The notes beneath the pieces were generated by a model. The model worked only from the letters and a program-made list of their open reading frames with translations, made no database searches and had not been told where the DNA came from. Below, piece by piece: positions 1 to 12,297 of a stretch of 64,000 bases of DNA (within the stretch, counting starts at the first letter, position 1; every line of letters begins with the position of its first letter). The position numbers and the translations under genes are program-made. The stretch covers positions 131,378,001 to 131,442,000 of the forward strand of contig OZ024745.1 of assembly GCA_964016885.1 (NCBI GenBank), in the 5' to 3' direction. The stretch is from Eledone cirrhosa. Its lineage: Eukaryota.

Positions 1-894
1 ATGTACTTAAGTGGCCTCTATATCTTCAGAGAATGTTACCTGTAGTAGAGACTGCTATTAACATCATGCCTGAGGGAGATATATTTTATCAGTTATCCAC
101 AGTGGAAGATCTCCTTTGAACTGTTGGAAAACGTTTACATTATATTGCATATAATAATTTCTGTTTCTATGTATATAACAACAAAAACAAAATAACCCTG
201 AATCCCAGAAATCTTGGTGAGAATGACATTTAAAGAATATAACTAGCTGCAGGTTTGTTGCTATTTATATACAACATTGAGGTATAGTTAGAGTGTTGTA
301 TATATACACACACATTCTAACTTATACCCTCCTCCCCCTTCAGTTCATTCAACTCCCGCTACATCACATGATTCAATGCAATCATTGCCAGATTCTATGT
401 TACTTCTGAAGAAAGAGAAAGAAGGCAGCCAGATTCTGAATTAGGTTGTTTCCTTTGAATGGCATGGCTGTCTACATTGTTTTGATAGTTTGGCAAGAAG
501 CAGACAGAAGACAAAAACAAACAAAATCCAGAAAAAATATTTCTACCAACATGTCATAAATAAAGATTAACAACAGCCAATATTACATCTATTTTGGAGT
601 GGAGAATTATTAGTGAAGCTGAGAGTAGATTGTCAGACTAAAATACACTGTCTTATGTATTTTTCATCTCTCGAAGTTGGGTTCAGACTTCATCAGGAGT
701 AACTGTTTTTCTCCCTCCAGAGTTGTTAAAAGTAGGAATAGTTATATAATAATTTTTAGATTCAAGCCCGCAGACTCATGGGAGAAGTATAGTAGATAAG
801 TTCAAATTCAGTACTTAGCTGCTTATTTTACTGACTTTGGAGGGGCGAAAGGCAAAGTTGACCGTAAGAACCTAAAAGGCCATAATTAATCATT

Positions 895-990
895 TCATTA
901 CTGCATTTCTAATGAAGTACTTTGTATTTTAATTAATTACTGACAAATTTGGGAAGTATTTACAAAGGTTATAATTTCATTAAGATGAAG
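895..990 (+). mobile_element. Partial copy of piggyBac-like MITE family B
   Basis: ctgcatttctaatgaa...tttacaaag...tttcatta matches the left half of 10031-10251 and 45796-46025; right part missing. Confidence 0.55.
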
Positions 991-999
991 TCATTAAGA

Positions 1000-1270
1000 T
1001 GCGTTTCTAGGGCATTTTAAGTCTGGCGGAATGCATTCTTCTCCAGGCCTGAGTACAGCAGATGTCTTCCAGAGAAGGACAGAGAGAGATATATATATAG
1101 AGGAAGAATAGATCCTAGTACCCCAGTACTAGACTGGTACTTTTTTATTGACCTCGAATGGATGAAAAGCAAAGTCGACCTCTGCAGGATTTGAACTGAT
1201 AGAGGAGAGAGTCGGAACAAATACCATAAAGTGTTCTATCTGATGTTCTAACGACTGCCAGTCTGCTACC
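1000..1270 (-). mobile_element. tRNA-derived SINE family A, long-tail subfamily
   Basis: Minus strand reads A-box TGGCAGTCGTTAG, B-box GTTCAAATC, then gtcgactttgcttttcatcc...gtcaataaaaaagtaccag and a tail (ctgtactcaggcctggagaag...aatgccctagaaacgc) shared with 5828-6115 and 40345-40705. Confidence 0.85.
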
Positions 1271-2084
1271 ATGCAAGGAAGTGAAATTAAACCCATTTTG
1301 TGGGTTTCATTCATTAGGTGCCGGCCTCTACTCCTTGACACTTTCTACAATAAAATTAAAGTGTAAGTTGATTTTTTACTACCTTATTCTCTCCATGTAA
1401 GTTTATGCATGAATGAGTGAGTGTGTGTGTGTATGTGTTAGTAAAAGCATATGCAAATGTCTGTATGTGCCTGTATATATGTGGATGTGAATGTTTGTAT
1501 GTGCATTCAAGTCAGGCAGTCAGTGAAATAGAAAAAAATCCCTAGATACACCTTTACTTGAAACGGATACGTTACTGCATACAATTTCCTATGAGATCCT
1601 TTAAAACTCATCTCGTAACCCAACTTTTAGCACAGCACTGAATACTCATCAGACTATCTTCATTTCACTATTTGTTACTAAAATAAACAAGGTCATCAAA
1701 ATTCCAAAGCCCAAATCAGAATCATATGCTAAACTTTGGATGAAGCAGGAAGGAAGCAGAAATAAGGAAACAAGCACACATTAGGCAGGCCTTGTATTTC
1801 TGGAAAATTATGGTTTTAAATATCATAGCAGAGAAGTTTTGATTAACATAAAGATGAGCAAAACAGTAGCCAATATTGTTTATTTTTCTGTATATATACA
1901 CAGCTCTGGTGGAGATGCCATAGACAATATAATGTTTTGTTTGGTGCCTCCTTGTGGTTTCAAATCAAATACTGCCAAAATTGGCAGCTTTTTAGCTTTC
2001 CTTTCAAAACTATAACTATTTAGGATGATCATATATATATATCTCCAGGGAGTGTAACCAATCGTCCTTGTTATTTTATTTCAC

Positions 2085-2085
<1 letters not shown>

Positions 2086-2131
<46 letters not shown>
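2086..2131. repeat. (GA)n microsatellite
   Basis: Direct inspection. Confidence 0.95.
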
Positions 2132-2136
<5 letters not shown>

Positions 2137-2984
2137 ATGTGTTTCCCAGTTTATAGAATTGATACTCAATATCCTAAGAGACAATTAAAAGGGTTGGTGT
2201 GAGGAACCACACACACACACACACATGCATAGTTGTATGTATATATATATAAGTACATCTTACACAAAACGCACTCAAAAATAAAATGAAGCCAAATATA
2301 ATATTGTATCTGCAGACAGTGTTTCTGGCAGTCAGATGTTGATAGGACACTATGGTCATATGATACCTTCATCATAAGCACAACAGAACTGTGTCTGCTG
2401 CTGTTTATATACACCATAGACCCCCAACTTGTACTGTATGGAAATCACTGAAATGTTTAGTTGTTTTATAGCCTTTAAGATCTCAGCTAGATTTCTCTAA
2501 TTTCAATGTCCAGATCCCATTTTGTGGAATTAAACAACTTAATCCTGCTTCAAAGTGTTCATTCAAGCTATTCTTTATTTATCTTTAATTACCACAAAAC
2601 GTATTTTCAGTATAACTACAAAAGGTTTGCCCATGTAATTACTAACTTACCACACACACACACACAATGTTTGACTACTCATTAAACATGTACAACCATC
2701 AAGGCTAGAAGATATAAATTTTTTTTAAATACCATCTCAATGCTCAGGTGAAATGTAAGTGAAGAATGACTTGCAGAACAGCAACCCTCATTATGAAACA
2801 CAAGAAGACCATAGACAAGCCAAAGCAAAATAACTCTCAGAAATGTTACCAGGTTTTATATGAGAGTAAGCTTCTGCTAGAGACATGCTTTAATGATACC
2901 TGGGGTGCCTCACTAACCATGTCTCATAGTATGTTGGACACCACCCAGGAATTTCAAAGTCTCCATGATAGACACGGTCCCTTC

Positions 2985-3330
2985 TTTAGGTACCACTTTA
3001 GAAGGAGAACCAGAGTGGAAAGAGAGGCACAGCACCCCAGTAAATTTACTGAAAGGTGGGTGAATGTGGCAAAAATGGCCCAACCTGTAGGTTGAAGAGG
3101 AGAGCAAAAGGAAGAAAGGAGCACTTGCACAACACGCTACTGGAGTTGAGGGTTGTTCTATCTACGGGGGTATTAAACAACCCATTTGTGGCGTCTCCCC
3201 CCTATTGGGGATTTCGATTGTTAAATTCGTTTGTTTCAATATTTTTACATGATTGTATGTAAAATCCCCGGCATGTGCCTTTGTATTGTCCCCTTTTCTT
3301 GTGCGCCCTTGTGGCAAATAAAGAAATATA
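2985..3330 (+). mobile_element. 3' end of a probable L1/Tx1-like LINE
   Basis: FFRYHFRRRTRVEREAQHPSKFTERWVNVAKMA resembles the ORF2 C-terminus of Tx1-like LINEs as I recall them; followed by a UTR ending ccttgtggcaAATAAAgaaata. Confidence 0.5.
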
Positions 3331-3461
3331 TCTGTCAGGTAATGTTTTTGTTCTTCCTTCTAACAACCCTCCTCACTAAGCTAGAGAGGTAGGGGCTACC
3401 AGTATAGTTGCTGATGACTTGATCATACAACAGGAATCCATGTTAACAGTAGTAGTTGCAG

Positions 3462-3464
<3 letters not shown>

Positions 3465-3508
<44 letters not shown>
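3465..3508. repeat. (GT)n microsatellite
   Basis: Direct inspection. Confidence 0.95.
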
Positions 3509-3511
<3 letters not shown>

Positions 3512-4074
3512 AAAACTAAAATAAACAGACAATCAAAATGCCTGTGAGTATTTTTCTTTCTTTTTGTCTCATGAGGTTGAAACATGGTGGATAAAAGATT
3601 TTAACCCTGCATTAGAAATGAAAGTTGTAGGTTCAAATGAAATCAATTTATATATAGTTGTAGAAAAACCGCAATTGGAATTAGGGAAATATGCTTATTA
3701 AAACAAAGTGCACCCTGATACACAAAAGATTAGATTAATATTTTGGAAAACCTGAAACTATGTAGTTAGAATTCATTATATGATGAATAATGTAATGCAT
3801 TCTAATTGACTTCCCTCTTCTTCAAATTATTGGCCTTGTGCCTAAACTAGAAATAATTATATTATAAATAATGTAAATAATGTTTTAAAATGATATATTT
3901 TAATCAATGCATTCAGGAACTATGAGTACCAAAATGCATTAGACTTTATTTGTAGAAAAATTATTTTACTTTATATTATTTTGACAGGATTATTCAAAGC
4001 CAGATGAGAAGAAGTATTTCATATATAACATATTTTAACGAAGCTATTCAGTTTCAATTAAATTTTGTTTATCA

Positions 4075-4645
4075 AAAGCTGAGGCAGTAATATGCCAGCT
4101 TCAGCACTCAGTAATCAGAAGAAGGGAGGTAGGTGTAAAAACCAAACTTGCTATCTTCAATTCCATATTCATGCCTACCCTTACCTATGATCATGAATCT
4201 TAGGTAATGACTGAAAGAATACAATTGCAAATACAAGTGGCCAAAATGGGATTCCTCTGAAGGGTCTTTGGAGTAACGTTTATCGATAAAGTGCGTAGCT
4301 CAGATATCAGAGAGTCACTCCAGGTAGAGCTGCTACTTCTCTGAATTGAGAGTTCACAGTTCCAATACTATGGGCATAGGGTTAGAATGTCTCAAGAAAG
4401 AATTGCTGGACAGATTTAACAGGCAAAACCAACTGACTGGCAAGAGACCCAGGGGTAAACTCTGAGCAGGATGGTTGTATAACATCCATGAGCTTGGCTG
4501 GTTACACTTGGGGAGCCAGCCGGATCAGTTGGAGATGGTTGCTTCTGACAGGACCTGCCAGAAGAAGTGTTTGAGGACTCTCCACCCACGACCCAACCAG
4601 GAAGAAGAAGGAGGAGAAGAAGAAGAAGGAGAAGAAGAAGAATGA
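4075..4645 (+). mobile_element. 5'-truncated, decayed RTE-clade LINE (Expander/Rex3-like)
   Basis: Manual translation with stops: KTKLAIFNSIFMPTLTYDHES*VMTERIQLQIQVAKMGFL*RVFGVTFIDKVRSSDIRESLQVELLLL*IESSQFQYYGHRVRM, typical RTE C-terminal region; (GAA)n tail. Confidence 0.85.
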
Positions 4646-4649
4646 CCAA

Positions 4650-5225
4650 CTTGGAAGAGCACCAAACAAAATATTTTGCAGTATTTAGTTATATCTATTT
4701 ATGTTTTAAGTTCAAATTCCACTGAAGTCAATAAAATAATTTTGCTTTCCATCTTTCTAGTACTGTGAGTTAATTTAGTCAGCTATACCCTGTCTCAGAA
4801 TTGTTGAGCCTGCATCAGTAAAATAAGTAGCAGGCTAGTACTGTGAGTTAATTTAGTCAGCTATACCCTGTCTCAGAATTGTTGAGCCTGCATCAGTAAA
4901 ATAAGTAGCAGGCTAGTACTGTGAGTTAATTTAGTCAGCTATACCCTGTCTCAGAATTGTTGAGCCTGCATCAGTAAAATAAGTAGCAGGCTAGTACTGT
5001 GAGTTAATTTAGTCAGCTATACCCTGTCACAGAATTGTTGAGCCTGCATCAGTAAAATAAGTAGCAGGCTAGTACTGTGAGTTAATTTAGTCAGCTATAC
5101 CCTGTCTCAGAATTGTTGAGCCTGTGTCAGTAAAATAAGTAGCAGGCTAGTACTGTGAGTTAATTTAGTCAGCTATACCCTGTCTCAGAATTGTTGAGCC
5201 TGTGTCAATGTCAGAAATCAATATT
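4650..5225 (+). mobile_element. Degenerate SINE A whose 3' part has expanded into a tandem array
   Basis: aagttcaaattccactgaagtcaa...tttgctttccatc precedes the array; it ends with gagcctgtgtcaatgtcagaaatcaat, like the SINE A end ggccttgtgcctaaagtagaaacaatta. Confidence 0.6.
4757..5207. repeat. 78-bp minisatellite, ~5.8 copies
   Basis: tagtactgtgag recurs at 4758, 4836, 4914, 4992, 5070, 5148; near-identical units. Confidence 0.95.
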
Positions 5226-5459
5226 TAGAGTTTAAGAAACTGAATAATCCTAAAAGTCTACAAATGTCAAGAGAATGTTGAAATGTAACTAGAAACCTAA
5301 CACTGCAGTGTAGCAAAAATATGTTTAGTAAACATCTTTTGTAGATTATTAGTTGTGACATGATTCAAAGAAGTTGTTGATGGTACATATAGGCAAAAAC
5401 TGAAAAACAACTAAAGTTGAATGTGTCATCAGTATTGGAATGTAAGATAGTTACAAGTC

Positions 5460-5815
5460 CCTTAACTTCTAGGGGTGTCAAGTTGTATGTAAGGTCCCTT
5501 AACTTCTGGGGTAGCTGTAAGGGTGTCAAGTTGTATGTAAGGACTCTTAACTTCTGGGGTAGCTGTAGGGGTGTCAAGTTGTATGTAAGGTCCCTTAACT
5601 TCTGGGGTAGTTGTAGGGGTGTCAAGTTGTATGTAAGATCCCTTAACTCCTGGGGTAGTTTTATGGGTGCCAAGTTGTATGTAAGGTCTCTTAACTCCTG
5701 GGGTAGCTGTAAGGGTGTCAAGTTGTATGTAAGGTCCCTTAACTTCTGGGGTAGCTGTAAGGGTGTCAAGTTGTATGTAAGGTCTCTTAACTCCTGGGAG
5801 AGCTGTAGGGGTGCC
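5460..5815. repeat. 48-bp minisatellite, ~7.5 copies
   Basis: Unit ccttaacttctggggtagctgtaagggtgtcaagttgtatgtaaggtc; 16-aa period in the ORF track. Confidence 0.95.
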
Positions 5816-5827
5816 ATATTAACATAA

Positions 5828-6115
5828 CAGCGTTTCTAGGGCATTGTGTATGTTAAAACCTGGTGGAGCCCTTCTCCCCCTCTCCAGGTCTAAATACAGC
5901 AGATTTCTTCCAGAGAAGGATAGAGAGTGGGAGAATGGAAGTGAGGAAGAGATAGAAAGGAAGAATTGACCCCAGTACTTGACTGGTACTTTTTTTCGAC
6001 TTTGAATGGGTGAAAAACAAAGTTGACCGTAGCAGGATTTGAAAGCAGAGAGCAGAAAGAAACACCATAAAACATTCTATTCGATGTTCTTATGATCCTG
6101 CTAATTTGCTGCCTG
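5828..6115 (-). mobile_element. SINE family A, long-tail subfamily
   Basis: Colinear with 1000-1270 and 40345-40705. Confidence 0.85.
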
Positions 6116-6423
6116 AAATATTGTTGAGAAAGTTGAAAATATTGAACAAGATTGAGAAGAACATGATCAGAGGGTTTAAAAAATGAGAAAAGATGAGAAA
6201 GTGCTGAGTAATCAAAAAAGTATCAACAGATAACAATTAGAGTGGTGTTAAGTTGAGAAGAATTTGAAAGAAATATTCAATGACGCAAATATGTACTATT
6301 CACTTATTCACATCTATTTATAGATGAATTGTGCCCATTCTGTCTTTTATTCAGTCCCAGTCCACCCTGTGACTGCTATATCCCAGTCTATCCATGGCTG
6401 CTATGCTACATTAACTCATTTAA

Positions 6424-6628
6424 CCCTTTAGCAATTACATTATTCTAAATTTACTACTGTACTTTCATGGTAAAGGCTTTATCTCACATAATAATCTATA
6501 ATATTTTGATGTTTTTTTATTTTGAGAACAATACCTTAACATCAGTATGAGGGGCCAGTTACAGCCAGTTTGAACAGAAAGAGGTGAGAGAATTCTGGCC
6601 AGACATGACTGGTTTAAATGCTAAAGGG
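6424..6628 (+). mobile_element. piggyBac-like MITE family A
   Basis: TTAA on both sides (6420-23, 6629-32); TIR CCCTTTAGCA(A/T)TTA...TAAATGCTAAAGGG. Confidence 0.9.
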
Positions 6629-6881
6629 TTAATGGCATTACTGTAACAATAGTGAAATTAGTTGTGTAGCATAACATTAGGTTAAATATATTTAGATTTG
6701 TCCTTAAATGTCTGAGTTTTCAACATAGATACCACTCATACACTGAGGTTGGTTCAAATAAATAACCCTGTCCGGCAACATTTAATGTAGTCCATAATTT
6801 CAAAGAGGCAATATTCACCTTGAGAGGTATTTGACATATCTGGTGTTGTCAAATGAAGTCATTTTTCTTCATTTCATAATA

Positions 6882-7250
6882 CTCTCGGGACACCAATAAT
6901 CGCCCCTTCCATCCTCATTTATTAATTTTTCAGATTTTTTCCAACCCCACCATTTATTAAATTTTGCTAATCTATTTCCTGTAAAATTTTATTTTAAGTG
7001 GTAACATTCCTGCGATGATTAATTTTCTAATTTTCTTTAGACATTAAAACCCATTATACATGACAAAAAAGTACATTACAAGAAATCCCATATGTTATAA
7101 AATAAATAGGATGGGTTGGGAGGTCTCAACATGTAAACTAAACGATTAATTCTGGTTAAAGAAATCAAAGGAGACAAACTAGAAAAACGACCAATTTTCC
7201 AATCCCCTGCTTATTTCATCTCCTCCGCCTTATTATTTGAAACCTGAGAG
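6882..7250. mobile_element. Tc1/mariner-pogo-like non-autonomous element
   Basis: TA flanks; imperfect TIR ctctcgggacaccaataat / attatttgaaacctgagag; homologous to 49393-49822. Confidence 0.75.
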
Positions 7251-7296
7251 TAAATGGTCAGCTGTTCTACTCCAGGTCAAAGTAGATGTACACTGA

Positions 7297-8097
7297 ACTC
7301 TCACCACGCTACACGTGGTCTCTCACCACGCTACACGTGGTCTCTCACCACGCTACACGTGGTCTCTCACCACGCTACACGTGGTCTCTCACCACGCTAC
7401 ACGTGGTCTCTCACCACGCTACACGTGGTCTCTCACCATACTACACGTGATCTCTCACCACGCTACACGTGATCTCTCACCACGCTACACTGATCTCTCA
7501 CCACGCTACACGTGATCTCTCACCACGCTACACTGATCTCTCACCACGCTACACGTGGTCTCTCACCACGCTACACGTGGCCTCTCACCACGCTACACGT
7601 GGCCTCTCACCACGCTACACGTGGTCTCTCACCACGCTACATGTGGTCTCTCACCACGCTACACTGATCTCTCACCACGCTACACTGATCTCTCACCATG
7701 CTACACCTGATCTCTCACCACGCTACACGTGGTCTCTCACCACGCTACATGTGGCCTCTCACCACGCTACATGTGGCCTCTCACCACGCTACATGTGGCC
7801 TCTCACCACGCTACATGTGGTCTCTCACCACGCTACATGTGGTCTCTCACCACGCTACAGATGATCCTCGCCACGCTACATGTGAACCCCCACCACACTA
7901 CATGTGGCCTCTCACCACGCTACATGTGGTCTCTCACCACGCTACAGATGATCCTCGCCATGCTACATGTGAACCCCCACCACGCTAAATGTGAACTCCC
8001 ACCACGCTACATGTGAACTCTCACTGCGCTACATGTGAACTCTCACTGCGCTACATGTGGTTTCTCACCATGCTACATGTGATCTTTCACCAAGCTA
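7297..8097. repeat. 22-bp minisatellite (ctctcaccacgctacacgtggt), ~36 copies, diverging toward the right
   Basis: Direct inspection; period 22. Confidence 0.95.
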
Positions 8098-8266
8098 CTG
8101 TTAGTTGTGAACATAATATATTTACTGTACAACAAAAGAGAATTTAGAAGAAATGTGGAAGTAATTTGGAGGTAAAACAAAACCTAGTAATTAACAGAAA
8201 ATACAACAAAAAGAAGTAATTATCACCAGGACATATTACAATTATTTAAATAGGAAGGGATTCTTT

Positions 8267-8556
8267 CAGGGGCAAAGGATGCGTGCATGCAACGCATACA
8301 GTGCATGCGTTATAGAATCTTGAGTTGATCAATTGCGTTGGTTGAAGCAAGCAGAATTTTGGTTGCTTACTAAAACATAGACACATAAAAATATAACACA
8401 CACCCACACATACACACACTAGATAACACTACATGCGACTGACCGGGAGGGTCATTTAGAGGGAATTGGGGGGGGGGGGGTAAGGCTGCACAGCCCCATT
8501 TTCCGCCATGGCGATTGGACTGCATGCCCTGCTTTCCAGGTTTCCCTTCGCCACTG
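8267..8556. mobile_element. Non-autonomous hAT-like DNA transposon
   Basis: Exact 8-bp TSD gattcttt (8259-8266, 8557-8564); imperfect TIR caggggcaaagg / ccttcgccactg; second partial copy at 57670-57904 in opposite orientation. Confidence 0.85.
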
Positions 8557-8599
8557 GATTCTTTTGGCAATTGAAATTGACTGATGATTTGATATGTCC

Positions 8600-8775
8600 C
8601 CAGTATCGGTAGAGGGTCGGACTCCATGCTTTCCAGCATAATTACGTCCCTTTACGATCTGAGTTCAAATCCCACCGAGGTTAACTTTGCCTTTCATCCT
8701 TACGGGGTCGATAAAATAAAGTACCAGTAATGTACTGGGTAATTGCTGGCCTTGTGCCAAAAGTAGAAACAATTA
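8600..8775 (+). mobile_element. SINE family A (short tail)
   Basis: cagtatcggtagagggtcggac...GAGTTCAAATCC...gcctttcatccttacggggtcgataaaataaagtaccag...tagaaacaatta. Confidence 0.9.
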
Positions 8776-8809
8776 TCAGTAGTGTATGAGTATTTATATT
8801 TCCTTATGA

Positions 8810-9215
8810 GAGATGATGGTATGGCCAAAGGTTTATAGTTTCATTGCTGAAATTAAATGGAAAGGTGTACGTTGCATGTGTGAAAAGTGCCATGATGGAA
8901 ATGAGAATGATTTGGTGAATAAGTGGAGTATTTCTAAGAGAGAGGAAGGTAAGCAATGAATTAAAGATGATGGGAATAGAGCCAGTGATGAATATTGTGA
9001 AGGGAAAATGGTTGGGTCATATGGATGAAAGTTACTGGGTGAGAAGAGTGATAGAAATGAACATGGAAGGAAGTAGAGGAAGAGGAAAACCAAGAAAGTC
9101 TTGGCTGGGAATGATGGAGAAGGAAATGAAAGCCAAGAGGTTGGTGAAGGGGGGATGCAGCTGATAGGACAAAGTGGAGAAGTATGTCCATGGTGGTCTG
9201 GGAAGCTAACTGGCC
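8810..9215 (+). mobile_element. Decayed RTE LINE 3' fragment
   Basis: ORF 8967-9164 ...KWLGHMDESYWVRRVIEMNMEGSRGRGKPRKSW, the RTE C-terminal WxGH...GxRxRGRPxKxW motif. Confidence 0.75.
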
Positions 9216-9269
9216 TTAAAATACTAGTTTACAATGAACAATGTGTAGAGCTCCCCCAAAAGTCAATAA

Positions 9270-9453
9270 TTGTTTCTACTTTAGGCACAAGGCCAGCAAT
9301 TACCCAGTTCATTACTGGTACTTTATTTTAATCGACCCCGTAAGGATGAAAGGCAAAGTCAACCTCGGCGGGATTTGAACTCAGATCGTAAAGGGACGTA
9401 AATATGCTGGAAAGCATGGCGTCCGACCCTCTACCGATACTGCCAATCCACCG
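9270..9453 (-). mobile_element. SINE family A, full length
   Basis: Complete consensus on minus strand; flanked by direct repeat tcaataat. Confidence 0.9.
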
Positions 9454-10030
9454 TCAATAATGAATAATAATTTGAAAAGCTACTTTTCTTATGACAAATT
9501 CAAAATGGTAACTTTGAATATTGTCAAAATGTAAGAGCTGCCTATTTTAGTAATTGGTTTTCATTATATAACATCAGGTGACAGCTACTGCTACAGTATT
9601 GACCATTTGTAATTTTAATTGTATATATATCACTAGATCTAGTTTTATCTGTAATGTTAAGTTTGGCTGTCCCATGTTTTTATGAGTTTTATTTGTTCTG
9701 TCATTTGGCAGCAATTCATTATCTTTAGTAATTGTAGAAATTCTACTTAAAACCTGCACCTGTAGCCAAATTATTTTTTTCCCAGGTGGCATTGTATTTC
9801 AAGAGAACTTTTAATATATACTCTGGCTACACAGTTTAGCATTTTCAGTAGTAGATTCAGGTTTCATATCAAATAGGAAAGTTATTGCTTGTTGATTTGG
9901 ATTTTTCTGCTAATATGTCATATTTGTTCAACCGATTTCACTATTGTAAAGGTTTCAATTTCAAGCTATTCATTTCTCTTCAATATCCAATATGTAAATA
10001 GAAGCAAATTGTTTGCCTATTTTGCATTAA

Positions 10031-10251
10031 CCCTTTCATGACTACATTTCTAATGAAATACACTATTTTAATCAATTAATTCAGGGGTTTACTAAAATCA
10101 TTAATTATTTCATTACTAAGATAGTAACTTAATGTAAGGTTCTTATATAAAATCATGTTGGAAGATTTAAATATAAATTGGAAACCTTTAAAATGGGTGA
10201 CTTTATTTCATAGAACCAGAGTTGGTTTTGGCCAGGCTGGTAACAAAAGGG
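10031..10251 (+). mobile_element. piggyBac-like MITE family B
   Basis: TTAA flanks; CCCTTT...AAAGGG ends; homologous to 25522-25748 and 45796-46025. Confidence 0.85.
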
Positions 10252-10794
10252 TTAAGAAAGAACTTATTGATGACAGAGTTACATCTGCTTCAAGGGTAAT
10301 CAGTGAACCAAGTGTGCAAACAGATTATGAATAAATCCACTGAAAATGTCTTGAAGTAAGGAAAAAGAACTAAAAGACATTTTGTTTTCATTGGAAAACA
10401 TTAATATTGTTTAACATGAAACAAGGGTGCGGCAATTTCAGCAAAATATTTTATCAATTTTGAATAAGACAATTAATTTAATGAAACACTAAAGTTCTTA
10501 GGAATTTCCAGGCTCCAGAAACCTAAACAGGCAACAGACTGTAAGATCTGATAGCAGCTTGCCTTCTCTGAGAGCCATGCCTTTGATACCAAACCATCCG
10601 GATTTATGATAAAAAAACTACTCATTTTAAAATGATTTTATTTTAGAAATTTTTGTTAAGTAATGTTCCAACTATCAGCTTACTGATGAAAAAATTATTT
10701 ATTTTATTAAATTCTTCCACATTTTTGATTATTTAAGAAATCATTGAAACACATAGGCATTAGAAATATGGAAATGAAAGGGTCAAAGGCTTGC

Positions 10795-11065
10795 AAATTT
10801 TTTTTTATCTCCTTCCGCTGCATCCCAGAGAATAATTTTAGACGGAGTCATAGTGGGATACATTTTCATCTTTTCACTTCTGCAAGGAGTGGTTCTTGCC
10901 TGCCAGCATATTTTCTGACTTGCTACCTGACATGTATGAGATGCATAGCAGCCTTCTGAAGCCTTTCTGCTCAAATGTCTCAACTCTTTGCTCTATGTTG
11001 ACTGTCCAACTTCCACATCTATACAGAAGGTTCTGATAAAGTCATTAACAGGTTGTGCTGGATGT
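10795..11065 (-). mobile_element. Decayed RTE LINE fragment
   Basis: Minus-strand LLYRCGSWTVNIEQRVETFEQKGFRRLLCISY and SKIILWDAAEG correspond to RTE LYGCETW...FEMKCFRR and KTILQGTVEG motifs. Confidence 0.7.
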
Positions 11066-11149
11066 TGTGTAGCTCAACATAATTTTATTCTTTGACTGAT
11101 TATACTTTTGCTACTACTACATTTAGATATGAAACCTTTTGTACTTTAA

Positions 11150-11370
11150 CCCTTTAGCATTTAAACCGGCCATATCTGGCCAGAATTCTGTCACCCCTTT
11201 CTGTTCAAACTGGTTGTAACTGGCTGCTCATACTAATGTTAAGGTATTGTTCTCAAAATAAATAATATCAAAATCTCATAGATTCGATATTATGTGAGAT
11301 AATTATGTGAGGTAAAACCTTTACTGTGAAAATATAATAGTAAATATAGAGTAATGTAAATGTTAAAGGG
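11150..11370 (-). mobile_element. piggyBac-like MITE family A
   Basis: TTAA flanks, CCCTTTAGCATTTA TIR, inverse orientation relative to 6424-6628. Confidence 0.9.
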
Positions 11371-11543
11371 TTAATAATGGGAAATGACAATTTCCACCTT
11401 CTCTTTTATAATTTCACACCTGTCTTTTGTATCACATTATCTAGTTGTAGCATTTCTAGACTTAACAGAAATAAATCTTTTTTTTTTTATCTGGCTTGTT
11501 TCAAAATGGATAAAGCAAAAGACCGTACAGAATTATTCTTTAA

Positions 11544-11732
11544 CTCTTTAGCATTTAAACTGGCCATAATTCTCTCACCTCTTTCTGTTCAAACTGGCTG
11601 TAACCAGCTGCTCATATTGATGTTAAGGCATTATTCTCAAAATACATAATATCAAAATCTCATATTATGTGAGATAAAGCCTTTACTGTGAAAATATAAC
11701 AATAAATATAGAGTAATGGAAATGGTAAAGGG
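11544..11732 (-). mobile_element. piggyBac-like MITE family A
   Basis: TTAA flanks, colinear with 11150-11370. Confidence 0.85.
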
Positions 11733-12049
11733 TTAATATAAAAATGATGATTCTTAATGACGACATAGCAGTTTCTGGAGTGTGAAGATTATTATATTTG
11801 GCATCAATTTATTAAATTACCATTTACTTTAAATACTGTTAACTCTTTTTTTAACTGACTGAAACTATACCCTGGTTTTATGTTACAAAGTTGTTTATTT
11901 CAAAGTATTTATCTAAAAACCTCCCATCCTAATTTTATATAAGAAACTCTGCCATGTTCCAAATACTGGATAAATAATGAGCAAGTTATATTGCTAAGTC
12001 TCTCTTAATTCAATTATTTTCAAAATGAATTTAATATCTCAGGAAAAAT

Positions 12050-12297
12050 CACTGGATAGATTTTACAGGCAAAACCAGCAAATAGGAGACCCAGGGGTAG
12101 ATCCAGAGCAAGATGGTTGGATAACATCCATGAGCTTGGTTGGTCTTGCTTAGAGACCCAGCTGGATCAATTGGAGATGGTTGCTTCTGACAGGACCCAC
12201 TGGAAGGAGTGTTTGAGGACTCTACTCCCACGACCCTCCCAGGAATAAGTGGAAGAAGAAAAAGAAGAGTTAGAAGAAGAAGAAGAAGAAGAAGAAT
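12050..12297 (+). mobile_element. Expander-like RTE 3' end
   Basis: Colinear with 4405-4645; (GAA)n tail. Confidence 0.85.

Noticed and set aside
40-120. Minus-strand 81-nt segment with good acceptor (ttttccaacAG) and donor (CAG|GTAACA)
   Set aside because: Stops in all three frames; no support for a coding exon (could only be UTR/non-coding).
5365-5827. LRR-looking ORFs (LTPLQLPQKLRDLTYN repeats)
   Set aside because: Translation of a 48-bp minisatellite open on both strands; no splice or start context.
7254-8016. Overlapping His/Arg-rich ORFs
   Set aside because: Artefacts of the 22-bp array.
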